From: an uncultured Candidatus Binatia bacterium
Lineage (GTDB): Bacteria > Desulfobacterota > Binatia > Bin18
Assembly (NCBI GenBank): GCA_965214605.1
Contig: OZ243961.1
Span: 288,001-352,000 of the forward strand
Direction: 5' to 3'
Length of the DNA: 64,000 nt
The notes under the pieces are model-generated. The model searched no databases. It saw only the letters and a list, made by a program, of their open reading frames with translations, and was not told where the DNA came from. The position numbers were made by a program, and so were the translations under genes. Positions 49,261 to 58,818 of the stretch are shown one piece after another. Position 1 is the stretch's first letter. Each line of letters opens with the position of its first letter.

Positions 49261-50223
49261 TTAATGCAGGAGGTCTTTGTCCTCGTGCTCGTCCTGGCCG
49301 ACCGTCTGGACTTTCTTCTTTTGCAGGTAATCCTTTAACTCCGCCTCGGCTTTGCGCACATCTCCCTCATACTTCAGAATCGTGTTCAAGGTCTCATGGA
49401 CCACCCCGTCCTCAAGCTTGTGGACATTGAGCAGGGTCAGGGCCTTGGCCCAGTCGAGGGTCTCGCTGATGCTCGGGACCTTTTTGAGGTCGAGCTTGCG
49501 AATGTTGTGGATGATCTCCACCACCTCTTCCGCCAACTGCTCAGAGACCCCCGGGACCTTGAGCTTGACAATGGCGAGTTCCTGTTGGTGATCCGGAAAA
49601 TCAATGTAGAGATGCAGACAGCGCCGCTTGAGCGCGTCGGACATCTCCCGCGCGTTATTGCTCGTGAGCACGACGAGCGGAATCTGCTTGGCCTGGAGCG
49701 TGCCGAGCTCCGGCACACTGACCTGAAAGTCGCTCAACACCTCAAGGAGGAAGGCTTCGAACTCACTGTCGGATTTGTCGATCTCGTCAATCAGCAAGAC
49801 CAACTGCTCGGTGGCCGAGATGGCTTGCAAGAGCGGCCGCGGCAGAATGAATCGGTCGGAGAAAAAGACGGTGTCCTGGTCGGCAATCCGCTCAACCGCG
49901 TCTTTGAGGGTCAGCGTCCCCTGGAGGGTTTCACTGATCTTGTCCTTCAGAATCTGCGTATAGAGCAACTGCTTGGCGTACTCCCACTCGTAGAGCGCCT
50001 TGGCCTCATCGAGCCCTTCGTAGCACTGCAGACGGATCAACTGGCAGCGCAGGGATGACGCCACCACCTTGGCCAACTCGGTCTTGCCAACGCCAGCCGG
50101 CCCTTCGACCAGAATCGGTTTGCGCAAATGACTCGCTAAATAGACGATCGTGGCAATACGGCGATCACAGATATACTGCTCATCAGCAAATTTCCTGATT
50201 ACATCTTCAATAGATTCGAACAT
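49261..50223 (-). CDS. MoxR family AAA+ ATPase (CoxD-like)
   Basis: EGPAGVGKT, RLQCYEGLD, LLIDEIDK, SDALKRRC and KVPSISETLDW. Confidence 0.95.
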   Translation of the reverse strand: MFESIEDVIRKFADEQYICDRRIATIVYLASHLRKPILVEGPAGVGKTELAKVVASSLRCQLIRLQCYEGLDEAKALYEWEYAKQLLYTQILKDKISETLQGTLTLKDAVERIADQDTVFFSDRFILPRPLLQAISATEQLVLLIDEIDKSDSEFEAFLLEVLSDFQVSVPELGTLQAKQIPLVVLTSNNAREMSDALKRRCLHLYIDFPDHQQELAIVKLKVPGVSEQLAEEVVEIIHNIRKLDLKKVPSISETLDWAKALTLLNVHKLEDGVVHETLNTILKYEGDVRKAEAELKDYLQKKKVQTVGQDEHEDKDLLH

Positions 50224-50345
50224 CCTTCCTCCCAGGCGAGCAATTTGCGCTACCCTAGCATAGGGGTAGGCGAAAGACAACGCACGCGCCCTCCCGGTGG
50301 CGCGCTTGCGCGCGCCACGCGCCGTCTCTATAATCCGCCCCCACC

Positions 50346-51149
50346 ATGTGTACCCTCGCCCTGTATTTTCGCGTCTTTCCCGACTATCCGATTGTGGCGG
50401 CGGCCAACCGGGATGAATTGCTCACCCGCCCCTCAGATCCCCCGCTGCAGCTGGCGCTCACCCCCTGGGTCTGGGGCGGGCGCGATCGGGTCGCCGGCGG
50501 CACCTGGCTCGGGGTCAATGCCGCTGGCGTCATGGCCGGCATTCTCAACCGCCAGTCCCCCCTCCCCCCAGACCCGCGTCGCCGCTCACGCGGCCAACTC
50601 TGCCTCGACGCCCTCCGCTACCCATCGGCCGCCCAGGCCGCCCAGCACCTCGTGCGCTCCTCAGCGCAGGCCTATAATGCCTTTACCCTGGTGATCGCCG
50701 ATCCGCAGCAGGCCTATGTCCTCCACACCACGCCCACCACCCTCGCCCTGCATGCGCTCAAGCCGGGTCTCTCCCTGGTGACCAACCGCGAGGTGAACGA
50801 CCCCAGCTGTCCCCGCATCGCGCGTCTGCTCCCCGCCTTCCACCAGCTCAGCCGGCCTCCCGCCCCGCCTCCCTTGGCCACGCTGACTGCTCAACTGCGC
50901 CGTCTTATGGCCGACCACGGCGCCCGTCCTCCCGCACGAGCGGGCGCGCCCGACGAGCCCGACACCCGCAACAGCCTGTGTCTCCACCTCGACGGCTATG
51001 GCACGTGTTCGTCCACCCTCCTCGCCTATGAGACCGCCCTCCACTCCTACCACTATCTCTTTGCCCCGGGAGCTCCGTGCCAGCACCCTTACGAGCGGGT
51101 GTCTCTGCCATCCGGCCCACAGGCCAACCAGCCCCCGTCAAGCACATAG
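50346..51149 (+). CDS. NRDE/TANGO2 family protein
   Basis: N-terminal MC, ANRDE, GGTWLG, SRG and YGTCSST. Confidence 0.92.
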   Translation: MCTLALYFRVFPDYPIVAAANRDELLTRPSDPPLQLALTPWVWGGRDRVAGGTWLGVNAAGVMAGILNRQSPLPPDPRRRSRGQLCLDALRYPSAAQAAQHLVRSSAQAYNAFTLVIADPQQAYVLHTTPTTLALHALKPGLSLVTNREVNDPSCPRIARLLPAFHQLSRPPAPPPLATLTAQLRRLMADHGARPPARAGAPDEPDTRNSLCLHLDGYGTCSSTLLAYETALHSYHYLFAPGAPCQHPYERVSLPSGPQANQPPSST

Positions 51150-51844
51150 GTCGCGCCCGAGATAAAATCCCCCCGCTCAATCAGAAAGCGCACCGTACGG
51201 GCCACATCGTGTGGGCTGCCCAGCCGCCCCAGCGGCGTGTTCCGGCGGAGGCGCGCGAGGTCGGCCCCCGTATACGTGGCGGGCGGTAAGACCGGGCCGG
51301 GCGCAATCGTATTGACCTGGACCTCGGGCGCTAAGGCTTTGGCTAAGGCCACACTCAGGGCGTGGAGGCCGCCCTTGGAGACACAGTAGGCCAAATAGCC
51401 CGGCGACGGCCGCAGCCCGCTCCAGTCGCCGAGCTGGAGGATTTTTCCCGCCCCCTGACGGCGCATGGCCCGGCCGAGCTTGAGGCCTAAAGAGAAGGCC
51501 GCGGTCAGATTTGTGTGCACAAAGGCCTGCCAATCCGCGGTGCTGAGCCGTGCCAGCGGAGTCGGGTAAAAAAGAGCGGCGTTATTCACCAGCACATCGA
51601 TCCGGCCGGCGAATGCCAGGGCCTGCTCGCCCAAGCGCTGGACGTCCGCCACCCGGCGCAAGTCGGCCTTGAGGATGCGCGTCCGGCGGTTATGCCGCCG
51701 GATGGCGGCCGCGAGTTCGTGTGCGGACGAGGTATGGACGTGTACGATGACGTCCGCCCCCCCCTCGGCCAGCGTCAAGGCAATAGTCCGGCCCACCCGT
51801 CGGCCGGCCCCCGTCACCAACGCAATACGTCCCTCAAGTTCCAT
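51089..51844 (-). CDS. SDR family oxidoreductase, pteridine reductase (FolM/PTR1)-like
   Basis: TGAGRRVG, LVNNAALFYPTP, YCVSK, NTIAPGPVL and VLDGG. Confidence 0.85.
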   Translation of the reverse strand: MELEGRIALVTGAGRRVGRTIALTLAEGGADVIVHVHTSSAHELAAAIRRHNRRTRILKADLRRVADVQRLGEQALAFAGRIDVLVNNAALFYPTPLARLSTADWQAFVHTNLTAAFSLGLKLGRAMRRQGAGKILQLGDWSGLRPSPGYLAYCVSKGGLHALSVALAKALAPEVQVNTIAPGPVLPPATYTGADLARLRRNTPLGRLGSPHDVARTVRFLIERGDFISGATYVLDGGWLACGPDGRDTRS

Positions 51845-51846
51845 CC

Positions 51847-53385
51847 CTAGTCCTGCCCCTCACTCTGGTCTGGGATCTCAATCACAAAGACCGCCCCCCC
51901 CCCGGCAGCGTTGTCGGCGCGCAGCGTGCCCTGGTGCAGTTCGATAATCTTTTGAGCAAAGGACAGGCCCAACCCAAACCCGCTCTCTTTCGTTGAAAAA
52001 AAAGGGGAGAAGAGGTGTTCTCGGTCGGCCTCGGCAATCCCCTCTCCCTGGTCACGGACAGCAACCTGGACCCGATCCTCGCGGTGGCGTAAGCTCACCG
52101 CCACCCGCCCGCCGGCCGGCGAGGCGTCGATCGCGTTGGTGAGGAGGTTCATGAGCGCTTGTTTGAATTTAATGCGGTCCACCGAAACCCGGACATGCTG
52201 CTCCTCACCGGTGTACACGAGCGCGACCTCCCGGACGGTCGCCACCGACCGCAGCTCGTGTATCACTTCACGCAGCAGGTCGGCAAGGCGATGGGGCTCC
52301 CGGTGAACGGCCACGTCGCGCGAAAAAATCAGCAGGTCGGACAGGGTGGTATTCAGATCGCGGATAGCCTCGTCGAGTTGCTTGGCCTGCTCGTCGCCCT
52401 CCTCGAGCCGTTCTGGGGGGGGCAGGCTGTGATCGTGCAGACAGTCTTGGAGCAGGTCACACTGCAGCCCAAGTAAGCCCACTTTTTGGAGGAGTTGGTG
52501 CGACAGCGTTGAAGAAATCTGGCCAATTGCCACCATCCGCTCATTGCGTAAGCGCTCCCGAGTCATCTCCTGGAGTTGGAGATTTTGCCGCGCGATCTCG
52601 GTCCGGCGGAGGGTCACGGTACGCATGAAGATATGGGCGGCCCCAACCGGCAGACAGGCCAGGTACAGGCCGGGGATCCCAGCCGTATTCAAGCCCAGGG
52701 TCATGATGGCCACATAAGGGGAGATGAGAAACACGCCGGTTGCCAACAGCGAGGACAGACTTGAGGCAAAATCCAGCTCCGGAGTGTACCGCACGCCGTA
52801 GCGCAAACGGTGCTGCCAGCCGTACCCCAGCGCAAACACCATCCACCCGCTCAGCTCACTGAAGACAAAGAGCACCAGGGGACCAAATTCGCCGATCTGG
52901 AGCGGAATGCGTCCCCCCCCGGAACGGTACACCGTGTAGCGGGCAAACACCGCGATCAGCACCAACGAGACGAACTCAAGCGTACGCCAGCCCGGGTGGG
53001 GATCGGTGCGGATCGCAATCGGCACCGTGTTCGCGCCTCGCCCTTGCAGCACGAGGCTCAGCGGCACGATCCCCCCGACACTCACGACAATGACCGGCAG
53101 GGCGAACAGACCCACACTATAGACCAGGGTTGCGGCCGAGGCCAGCAACAGCAGCGACAGAAAAAAATCTTCACCAATCTCAATGCATAAGACCGCGCCC
53201 AGACCTAGGAGGGGCAGAAAGGCCCCGTACAGACCGATGTAGCCCAGATTGAACGCGCACACGCCGACCACGGCAAGGAGACCGCCCACCCCGCCTGCCA
53301 GGCGCGTCCGCAGGACAAACCGACCAGTCTGCTCAGACCGGGCGACCGTCCCTAATCCCTGCCGGTCAGAAACCAATCGAGCCAT
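51847..53385 (-). CDS. Multi-TM sensor histidine kinase
   Basis: Many TM helices; atypical H-box LSHQLLQKV; NLLTNAIDA, DQGEGI, LFSPFFSTK and GFGLGL. Confidence 0.9.
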   Translation of the reverse strand: MARLVSDRQGLGTVARSEQTGRFVLRTRLAGGVGGLLAVVGVCAFNLGYIGLYGAFLPLLGLGAVLCIEIGEDFFLSLLLLASAATLVYSVGLFALPVIVVSVGGIVPLSLVLQGRGANTVPIAIRTDPHPGWRTLEFVSLVLIAVFARYTVYRSGGGRIPLQIGEFGPLVLFVFSELSGWMVFALGYGWQHRLRYGVRYTPELDFASSLSSLLATGVFLISPYVAIMTLGLNTAGIPGLYLACLPVGAAHIFMRTVTLRRTEIARQNLQLQEMTRERLRNERMVAIGQISSTLSHQLLQKVGLLGLQCDLLQDCLHDHSLPPPERLEEGDEQAKQLDEAIRDLNTTLSDLLIFSRDVAVHREPHRLADLLREVIHELRSVATVREVALVYTGEEQHVRVSVDRIKFKQALMNLLTNAIDASPAGGRVAVSLRHREDRVQVAVRDQGEGIAEADREHLFSPFFSTKESGFGLGLSFAQKIIELHQGTLRADNAAGGGAVFVIEIPDQSEGQD

Positions 53386-54812
53386 GGAACACGCTCAAAG
53401 AGCAAAAAGTCATAGTGTGGATTTGTTGGCTGGAAATCGACATCGCTGAGGGAAACGTTGAGACGCAGCTGACGAAAGGCATGCCCCTCGGCCAGACGAT
53501 CGTTCCAGTCAAACAGCTCAAGCTTGATCGGCAGGCGACGCGCAATATCCCAATACATGACCACGCGGTAATGGGGATAGAGTCGCCACTGACTGTTGGG
53601 AAAGACAAACTCAAACACATAGCACAGCCGTTCGTCATCAGACATGACGCCTAAGAAGCGCTCCTCCAACTCGCCCTGCAGCCAGCCGTTCAACAGCTGC
53701 TGCTGAGTCCGTTCGACGAGCTGGTTGAGACCGAAGCTGGTAATGGGATACGGATGGCCGCGCTGGGCGAGGTAGCCCTCAGGGTCGATATCGCCAATAA
53801 CCGGCAGGCCGGCAAGCGTCGTCCGCACCCGCACCCGCCCGGCATTCCAGCCGCGGCGGTAGAGGGCGGCGGTCGTGCTGTTGACCTGCAGATACACCTC
53901 GAACGGGCGACGAAACTTAAAGGGCAGGTGGCCCAGGACGATGAGCGTCCCGAGCTCGTCCCGCGTCATGGTCCACACCCCGGTGTAGTCCCTGATTTCG
54001 GCATAGCGCTGGCTCCAGTGCTGCATGAAGCCGCGTATATCAATCGTGGTTTTGGCCTGGGGGAGAGAGGCCGCCTCGTCCATCGCCTGCTGGCGGCTCC
54101 GAGCAAACGCGTCCACGGTGAGGCCACTATTGACCTCCAAGGCAGTATAGACCAAGCGCTGACGGATTTCACCGTGCGGATCGCGCAGTGTGAGACCCAG
54201 CGGTATGCCCGTCCCGCGTTCGATAATGAATTCATAGACCGCAACCGTATTATCCCGGAAAGGAATCAAGAAGGCCGGGACGGCCAGGAGCACCTGCCCG
54301 TCTGCCAGCTGAGGAGCATTGGCCCGGACCTCAACCAACTGAAGACTCCGGTCCGAGGCCGACCGGCGCGATAAGGCGAGCAGTGCGCTGAGCCATTCAT
54401 GGACGTCCTTGAGGCTCGAGACAAAGGGGTCGCTCATCTCAATAAGGGGGGCACTGACTTTGACATAGTTGAACCACTGGCCCAATGTCAGCAGAAAATT
54501 TCCGTTATTCCAGCCTGGCCGGGCTTGCAGTGTCGTGCCGGCATACAGCCCGGTCCGCCAGCGCAGCATGAGAAAGCCGGGTTTGCGGAAAAGGACCCCG
54601 ATCTCTTGTTGGCGTGGCTCCTGTCCGGGCGTCCAGATTTCGTGCCGCAGCGTGCCACGATAATCGGTCATCCGGAAATAGGCGGCCCGACACTCGCTCA
54701 GGATGTCTTGGACCTGAGAGGGCACAGGGGCGGCAAACACCGCAGACTGGCCCTCTCCGGCACACAGCCAACACACCACCACAAAGAACAGGCACTTACT
54801 CCACCACTTCAT
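53352..54812 (-). CDS. Secreted protein with two DUF1571/LolA-like domains
   Basis: Signal peptide; internal repeat (TDYRG..LFRKP..YxRPGWNNG versus RDYTG..KFRRPFEVY..GWNAG); HPYPITSFG and YWDIARRLP. Confidence 0.7.
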   Translation of the reverse strand: MKWWSKCLFFVVVCWLCAGEGQSAVFAAPVPSQVQDILSECRAAYFRMTDYRGTLRHEIWTPGQEPRQQEIGVLFRKPGFLMLRWRTGLYAGTTLQARPGWNNGNFLLTLGQWFNYVKVSAPLIEMSDPFVSSLKDVHEWLSALLALSRRSASDRSLQLVEVRANAPQLADGQVLLAVPAFLIPFRDNTVAVYEFIIERGTGIPLGLTLRDPHGEIRQRLVYTALEVNSGLTVDAFARSRQQAMDEAASLPQAKTTIDIRGFMQHWSQRYAEIRDYTGVWTMTRDELGTLIVLGHLPFKFRRPFEVYLQVNSTTAALYRRGWNAGRVRVRTTLAGLPVIGDIDPEGYLAQRGHPYPITSFGLNQLVERTQQQLLNGWLQGELEERFLGVMSDDERLCYVFEFVFPNSQWRLYPHYRVVMYWDIARRLPIKLELFDWNDRLAEGHAFRQLRLNVSLSDVDFQPTNPHYDFLLFERVPWLDWFLTGRD

Positions 54813-55462
54813 AGCTCTCCTAATCCGGCCTTGAGGGCCACGATCGCGGCTTTTGTGCGGTCATTGACCTGGAGTTTACGGAAAATACGGGCGAGGTGCA
54901 TCTTGACGGTCAGTTCGCTGATGAAAAGCCGGCCGCTTATCTCACGGTTATTCGCTCCGGTAGCGACTAGGCGCAGGACTTCGTCTTCGCGCGGGGTGAG
55001 TGTCCGGACGAGCCGGCGCACTTCTTCAGCCTCCTGGTCACGGTGGAATTCACGCAGGAATTTCGCGGCCAGATCCGGCTTGAGCACGACCTCCCCGGCC
55101 GCCACCCGGCGTAAGGTGTCGCGAATTTCTTTGGCCCGGGTATTTTTGAGCAAATAGCCCACGGCACCGATTTTGAGCGCCCGGAAAATGAGGTCTGGAT
55201 TGTCGTAACCGGTCAGAATCACGACCTTCGTATCGGGAGCCCGGCGACGGACTAGAGCCGTTGCGTCGAGGCCGTTCATCTCCGGCATTTCAATATCCAT
55301 GAGCACAATGCTTGGCTGATACTGTGTGAGCAGAGCGCTCAGCTGGGCAGCATTTTCAGCCGTCCCGACCACTTCAAAATCGGGCTGCTTTTTAAAGATT
55401 TGCCGCACCCCTGACAAAAACAATGGATGGTCATCGACAATGGCAACCGTGATTTTTTCCAT
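54809..55462 (-). CDS. NarL/FixJ-family response regulator (REC plus LuxR HTH)
   Basis: IVDDHP, LMDIEMP, GYLLK and LTPREDEVL...NREI..LFISELTVKMH. Confidence 0.95.
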   Translation of the reverse strand: MEKITVAIVDDHPLFLSGVRQIFKKQPDFEVVGTAENAAQLSALLTQYQPSIVLMDIEMPEMNGLDATALVRRRAPDTKVVILTGYDNPDLIFRALKIGAVGYLLKNTRAKEIRDTLRRVAAGEVVLKPDLAAKFLREFHRDQEAEEVRRLVRTLTPREDEVLRLVATGANNREISGRLFISELTVKMHLARIFRKLQVNDRTKAAIVALKAGLGEL

Positions 55463-55530
55463 AGCTCTGCCTCTTCAAAGAGTCTAAGGGCTTGCCAAAA
55501 AGGGGTCAAGAAGAAGAGGAATCCCCTGAA

Positions 55531-55830
55531 TTACTTCTTTCAAGCTTGAGGAATAATCTCCCCGCTGATCGCCAAATACATACTGTGAAGAAATAATTAC
55601 AGTAATTGTATCCTTAGTAAATAAAAAGAAGGAATTATTTTAATAATAAGTATTAAATTACTGATTACTTTATTACTTATTAGAAAGTAATTATAAGAAA
55701 ATAGTAATTAAACAAAAAATAAAAGTAAAATTTTTATCAATAATTTTAATATCTTAAGTTTGAAGTAAATTTATATGGTATATAAAGATACTATAGAGTA
55801 ATAACAGCTTGATTTTTAGAGATGAAGTAA
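55531..55830. repeat. Extremely AT-rich tract with 12 AGTAA/TTACT pentamers
   Basis: 25 G/C in 180 nt at 55621-55800; pentamers at 55531, 55601, 55616, 55658, 55665, 55673, 55686, 55703, 55724, 55764, 55797 and 55826. Confidence 0.85.
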
Positions 55831-55869
55831 TAAATAATGGCCTTTTCCACAACAAGATAGGAAACAAGT

Positions 55870-56625
55870 ATGGAAATACCCCCCGTCGCACGACGGCAAG
55901 GAGTCCGTCAAAAAAGCCCGAACGCTCCGGCTTACAGCATCCAGGAATGCTTGGAGGATGTCCGCAAGATCTTTCGAGCAGAACATCAAGTCCCTATTAG
56001 CCGAGAGTCCATAGCCGAACACCTGAGTCTGGCGGCACAATCGGGACCTTTTAACCGGAAATTGAGCAGCTTGCGCCAATTTGGCTTGCTTGAGTCAATC
56101 GGCAAGGATCTACGGGTGAGCGATCTGTTTTTGCACATTGAGCATGCCGCAGATGAAAACGATCGCCATCAAGCTCTTCGAGAAGCCATCGGCAGACCGA
56201 CCATTTTCCAGGGCTTGCTCGGCCAATACGAAAACAGCGGCATGCCTTCGGATATTAACCTCACGAATCAACTCATCATCAAATACCGTTTCACCAAAAA
56301 AAACGCCGAAACCGTCTCCAAAGCGTTTTTAGAATCCTATCGGTTTGCGGGCCTCGGACCACAAACGCGTCTGCTGTCTTCCCCCCCCCTGCCCTTCCCC
56401 CCCCCTCCAGCACGACCGCCACGACACGAGCCGCCCCCCGCATCAGTTCAGCCCGTCTCCCCTATCGAAGCCCCTATTCCGAATGAGCCACGGCGCCTGT
56501 CTCAGTGCCGCCAAGAAATCCCGCTTGGCACAGCCCGACGCGCCGTGCTTGAGCTGCCCGACGACGTAACGCCGGAGGAAATCGCCAAAGTCATACGCGT
56601 GCTCAAAGCTCTGGCCGATCCCTGA
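55870..56625 (+). CDS. Hypothetical putative winged-helix DNA-binding protein (DUF5343-like) with Pro-rich linker and small C-terminal domain
   Basis: KSPNAPAYSIQEC, IAEHLSL...KLSSLRQFGLLE (wHTH-like) and FLESYRFAGL; family call by recall only. Confidence 0.7.
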   Translation: MEIPPVARRQGVRQKSPNAPAYSIQECLEDVRKIFRAEHQVPISRESIAEHLSLAAQSGPFNRKLSSLRQFGLLESIGKDLRVSDLFLHIEHAADENDRHQALREAIGRPTIFQGLLGQYENSGMPSDINLTNQLIIKYRFTKKNAETVSKAFLESYRFAGLGPQTRLLSSPPLPFPPPPARPPRHEPPPASVQPVSPIEAPIPNEPRRLSQCRQEIPLGTARRAVLELPDDVTPEEIAKVIRVLKALADP

Positions 56626-57204
56626 GCACGCCTCATGAGGCGTGCGGCTGTGTGGGCGGACATGGGCGTGGAGCACAAGTAAGGGGGAGGTTTTCCGTTG
56701 GCTCAGTCCGCCCATACTCAAGTCAGCAGGACGAACGCCTGCTGAGTGACCGGGCCCTACTCGATTCTGATCAGGCCCTAATCCTCAACGATTTTCCGCT
56801 GTTGGCCACACGGTGACCCGTTCGCAATATCCGGCTGGCAGGGACGGTTCAACTGAGCCCGCTTTATGACCAACCTTGAGAGGCGTATCCGTAATTGAGG
56901 GTGGGGTCGTTGGGCGCCAGCCTATCCGCTTCTTTACCCTGCGAAAATCGCTCTGAGTGCCTGCGAATCATCCCCCCCTCACCCCAGCGCGCCGTACATC
57001 GTTAGATGACAAGGATGATGAGCGATGCTCGCCAATAAAAATATCACGAAGATCTGTATTCAGCAATCATTCGTCCGCTCCGCAAAATTATGTCAAGTTT
57101 GAGCTCTTCCGTCTCTTTTACTACAGACCAAACTGGCGGCCTATTGACCGCTCATCTGGATTTCTGCATTGTGAGGCCAGCTCGGATTCACGACTGAGGG
57201 ACAT

Positions 57205-58047
57205 ATGCACTATTTAACCCGCCTGGTCGCATTTGAAGCATCGCACCGGTACTGGAATCCGGAATTGACACCGGAGCAGAACTCCCAGACCTTTGGGAAA
57301 TGTGTCAGCCCTCATGGGCACGGCCACAACTATATCCTGAGCGTCACCCTCGCCGGTCAGGTGGCCGCCCACACCGGTCTCGTCATCAATATTACTGAGC
57401 TCGACCGCATTCTGAAACAGGTCAGCGCCGAGTTCGATCACCAATTCATCAATCTTGACCACCCGGCCTTCTACGACCGTATCCCAACGACCGAAAATCT
57501 CGCGTCGTATATGCGCGACCGTATTGAAGATACGCTGCGTACCCAACACAATGCAGATTATCGCCTCGCCCTAGTCCGGCTGTATGAAGAACCGAGTCTG
57601 TGGGCTGATGTGACGGGTGGAGAGGGAAAACATATGGCCTCCTTAACTAAAACCTTTGGCTTTAGTGCAGCGCACCGCTTACACAGCAGCGCGCTCTCCG
57701 AGGAAGAGAACCGGGCCGTTTTTGGCAAATGCAATAATCCGCACGGGCACGGGCACAACTACGAGCTCGAAGTGACGGTCAGCGGCCCTATCGCCCTTCA
57801 AACCGGCATGATCATAGATCTGGAAGAGCTGATGCAAATTGTCCAAGAAGAAGTGCTCGACCGCTTTGACCATAAACATCTGAATAAGGATACCCTGGAA
57901 TTTCAGACCCTCAATCCAACCGGGGAAAACATTATCCGGGTGATCTGGGACCTCCTCAAACCACGGCTTGGCGAGCGGCTCACCAAAGTCGGGGTGTGGG
58001 AAACCCCCAAAAACTTTTTTGAGTACCACGGCGAAGAAGATCGTTAG
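57205..58047 (+). CDS. Tandem two-domain 6-pyruvoyl-tetrahydropterin / 6-carboxytetrahydropterin synthase (PTPS/QueD family)
   Basis: Two T-fold domains, each F[ES]A[SA]HR...FGKCxxPHGHGHNY...FDH...PT[TG]EN. Confidence 0.9.
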   Translation: MHYLTRLVAFEASHRYWNPELTPEQNSQTFGKCVSPHGHGHNYILSVTLAGQVAAHTGLVINITELDRILKQVSAEFDHQFINLDHPAFYDRIPTTENLASYMRDRIEDTLRTQHNADYRLALVRLYEEPSLWADVTGGEGKHMASLTKTFGFSAAHRLHSSALSEEENRAVFGKCNNPHGHGHNYELEVTVSGPIALQTGMIIDLEELMQIVQEEVLDRFDHKHLNKDTLEFQTLNPTGENIIRVIWDLLKPRLGERLTKVGVWETPKNFFEYHGEEDR

Positions 58048-58089
58048 GGCCTCTGTCTTCCTGACCAGTTCTCTTCGGTGGAGAAGCGT

Positions 58090-58815
58090 ATGGCCAAACA
58101 AAATCTGAACGGTCGGGTTGCTATTGTCACCGGCGCGGGATCGGGCCTTGGTCAAGCCATCGCCGTGGCCCTCGGCATGGCGGGCGTCCGGGTCGCCTTA
58201 GCGGCGCGTACCAAGCCGGCGCTCAACGCCGTGGCCAACGATATTCGCGCAGCCGGCGGCACGGCCCTTGTCATTCCTACTGATGTCGGCGATGAAGCCC
58301 AAATTCAACACCTCACCAGCCACACCCATCAGGAGTGGGGGCGTATAGATATTCTTGTCACCAGTGCCGGTGGAGCCAGTTTTGGGCCGCTCGTCGAATC
58401 CAGTACCGAAGACTGGGACAGCATGATGCATATTAACCTGCGGGCGACCTATCTCTGTGCCAAGCATACGCTGAAGGTCATGCTAGCCCAGCAGAGCGGT
58501 CACATTTTGAATATCTTGTCCTTAGCCAGCCAGACCGCCCTTCCCGGTTCAGCAGCCTATACCGCCTCCAAGTTTGGTGCGTTAGGGCTGACCAAAGTCA
58601 TGGCGGCCGAGGTGCGGAGTCAGGGTATCAAAGTCACCGCCGTCATCCCCGGTGCGGTCAATACGCCCTTGTGGGATAAGAGCGGGGCTGACTTAGACCG
58701 TACCAAAATGCTCACTCCGAGCGACGTTGCCGACGCCGTGCTCGACGTGATTGCCCAGCCCCCAGGCCTCTATACCGATGAAATTTCTCTGATGCCCCCT
58801 TTAGGCATCTTGTGA
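58090..58815 (+). CDS. SDR family oxidoreductase
   Basis: TGAGSGLG, YTASKFG and PGAVNTPLWD. Confidence 0.9.
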   Translation: MAKQNLNGRVAIVTGAGSGLGQAIAVALGMAGVRVALAARTKPALNAVANDIRAAGGTALVIPTDVGDEAQIQHLTSHTHQEWGRIDILVTSAGGASFGPLVESSTEDWDSMMHINLRATYLCAKHTLKVMLAQQSGHILNILSLASQTALPGSAAYTASKFGALGLTKVMAAEVRSQGIKVTAVIPGAVNTPLWDKSGADLDRTKMLTPSDVADAVLDVIAQPPGLYTDEISLMPPLGIL

Positions 58816-58818
58816 GGA

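Noticed and set aside
55480-55870. oriC
   Set aside because: Only one DnaA-box-like 9-mer, no dnaA/dnaN/gidA context, and a dif site 9 kb away.
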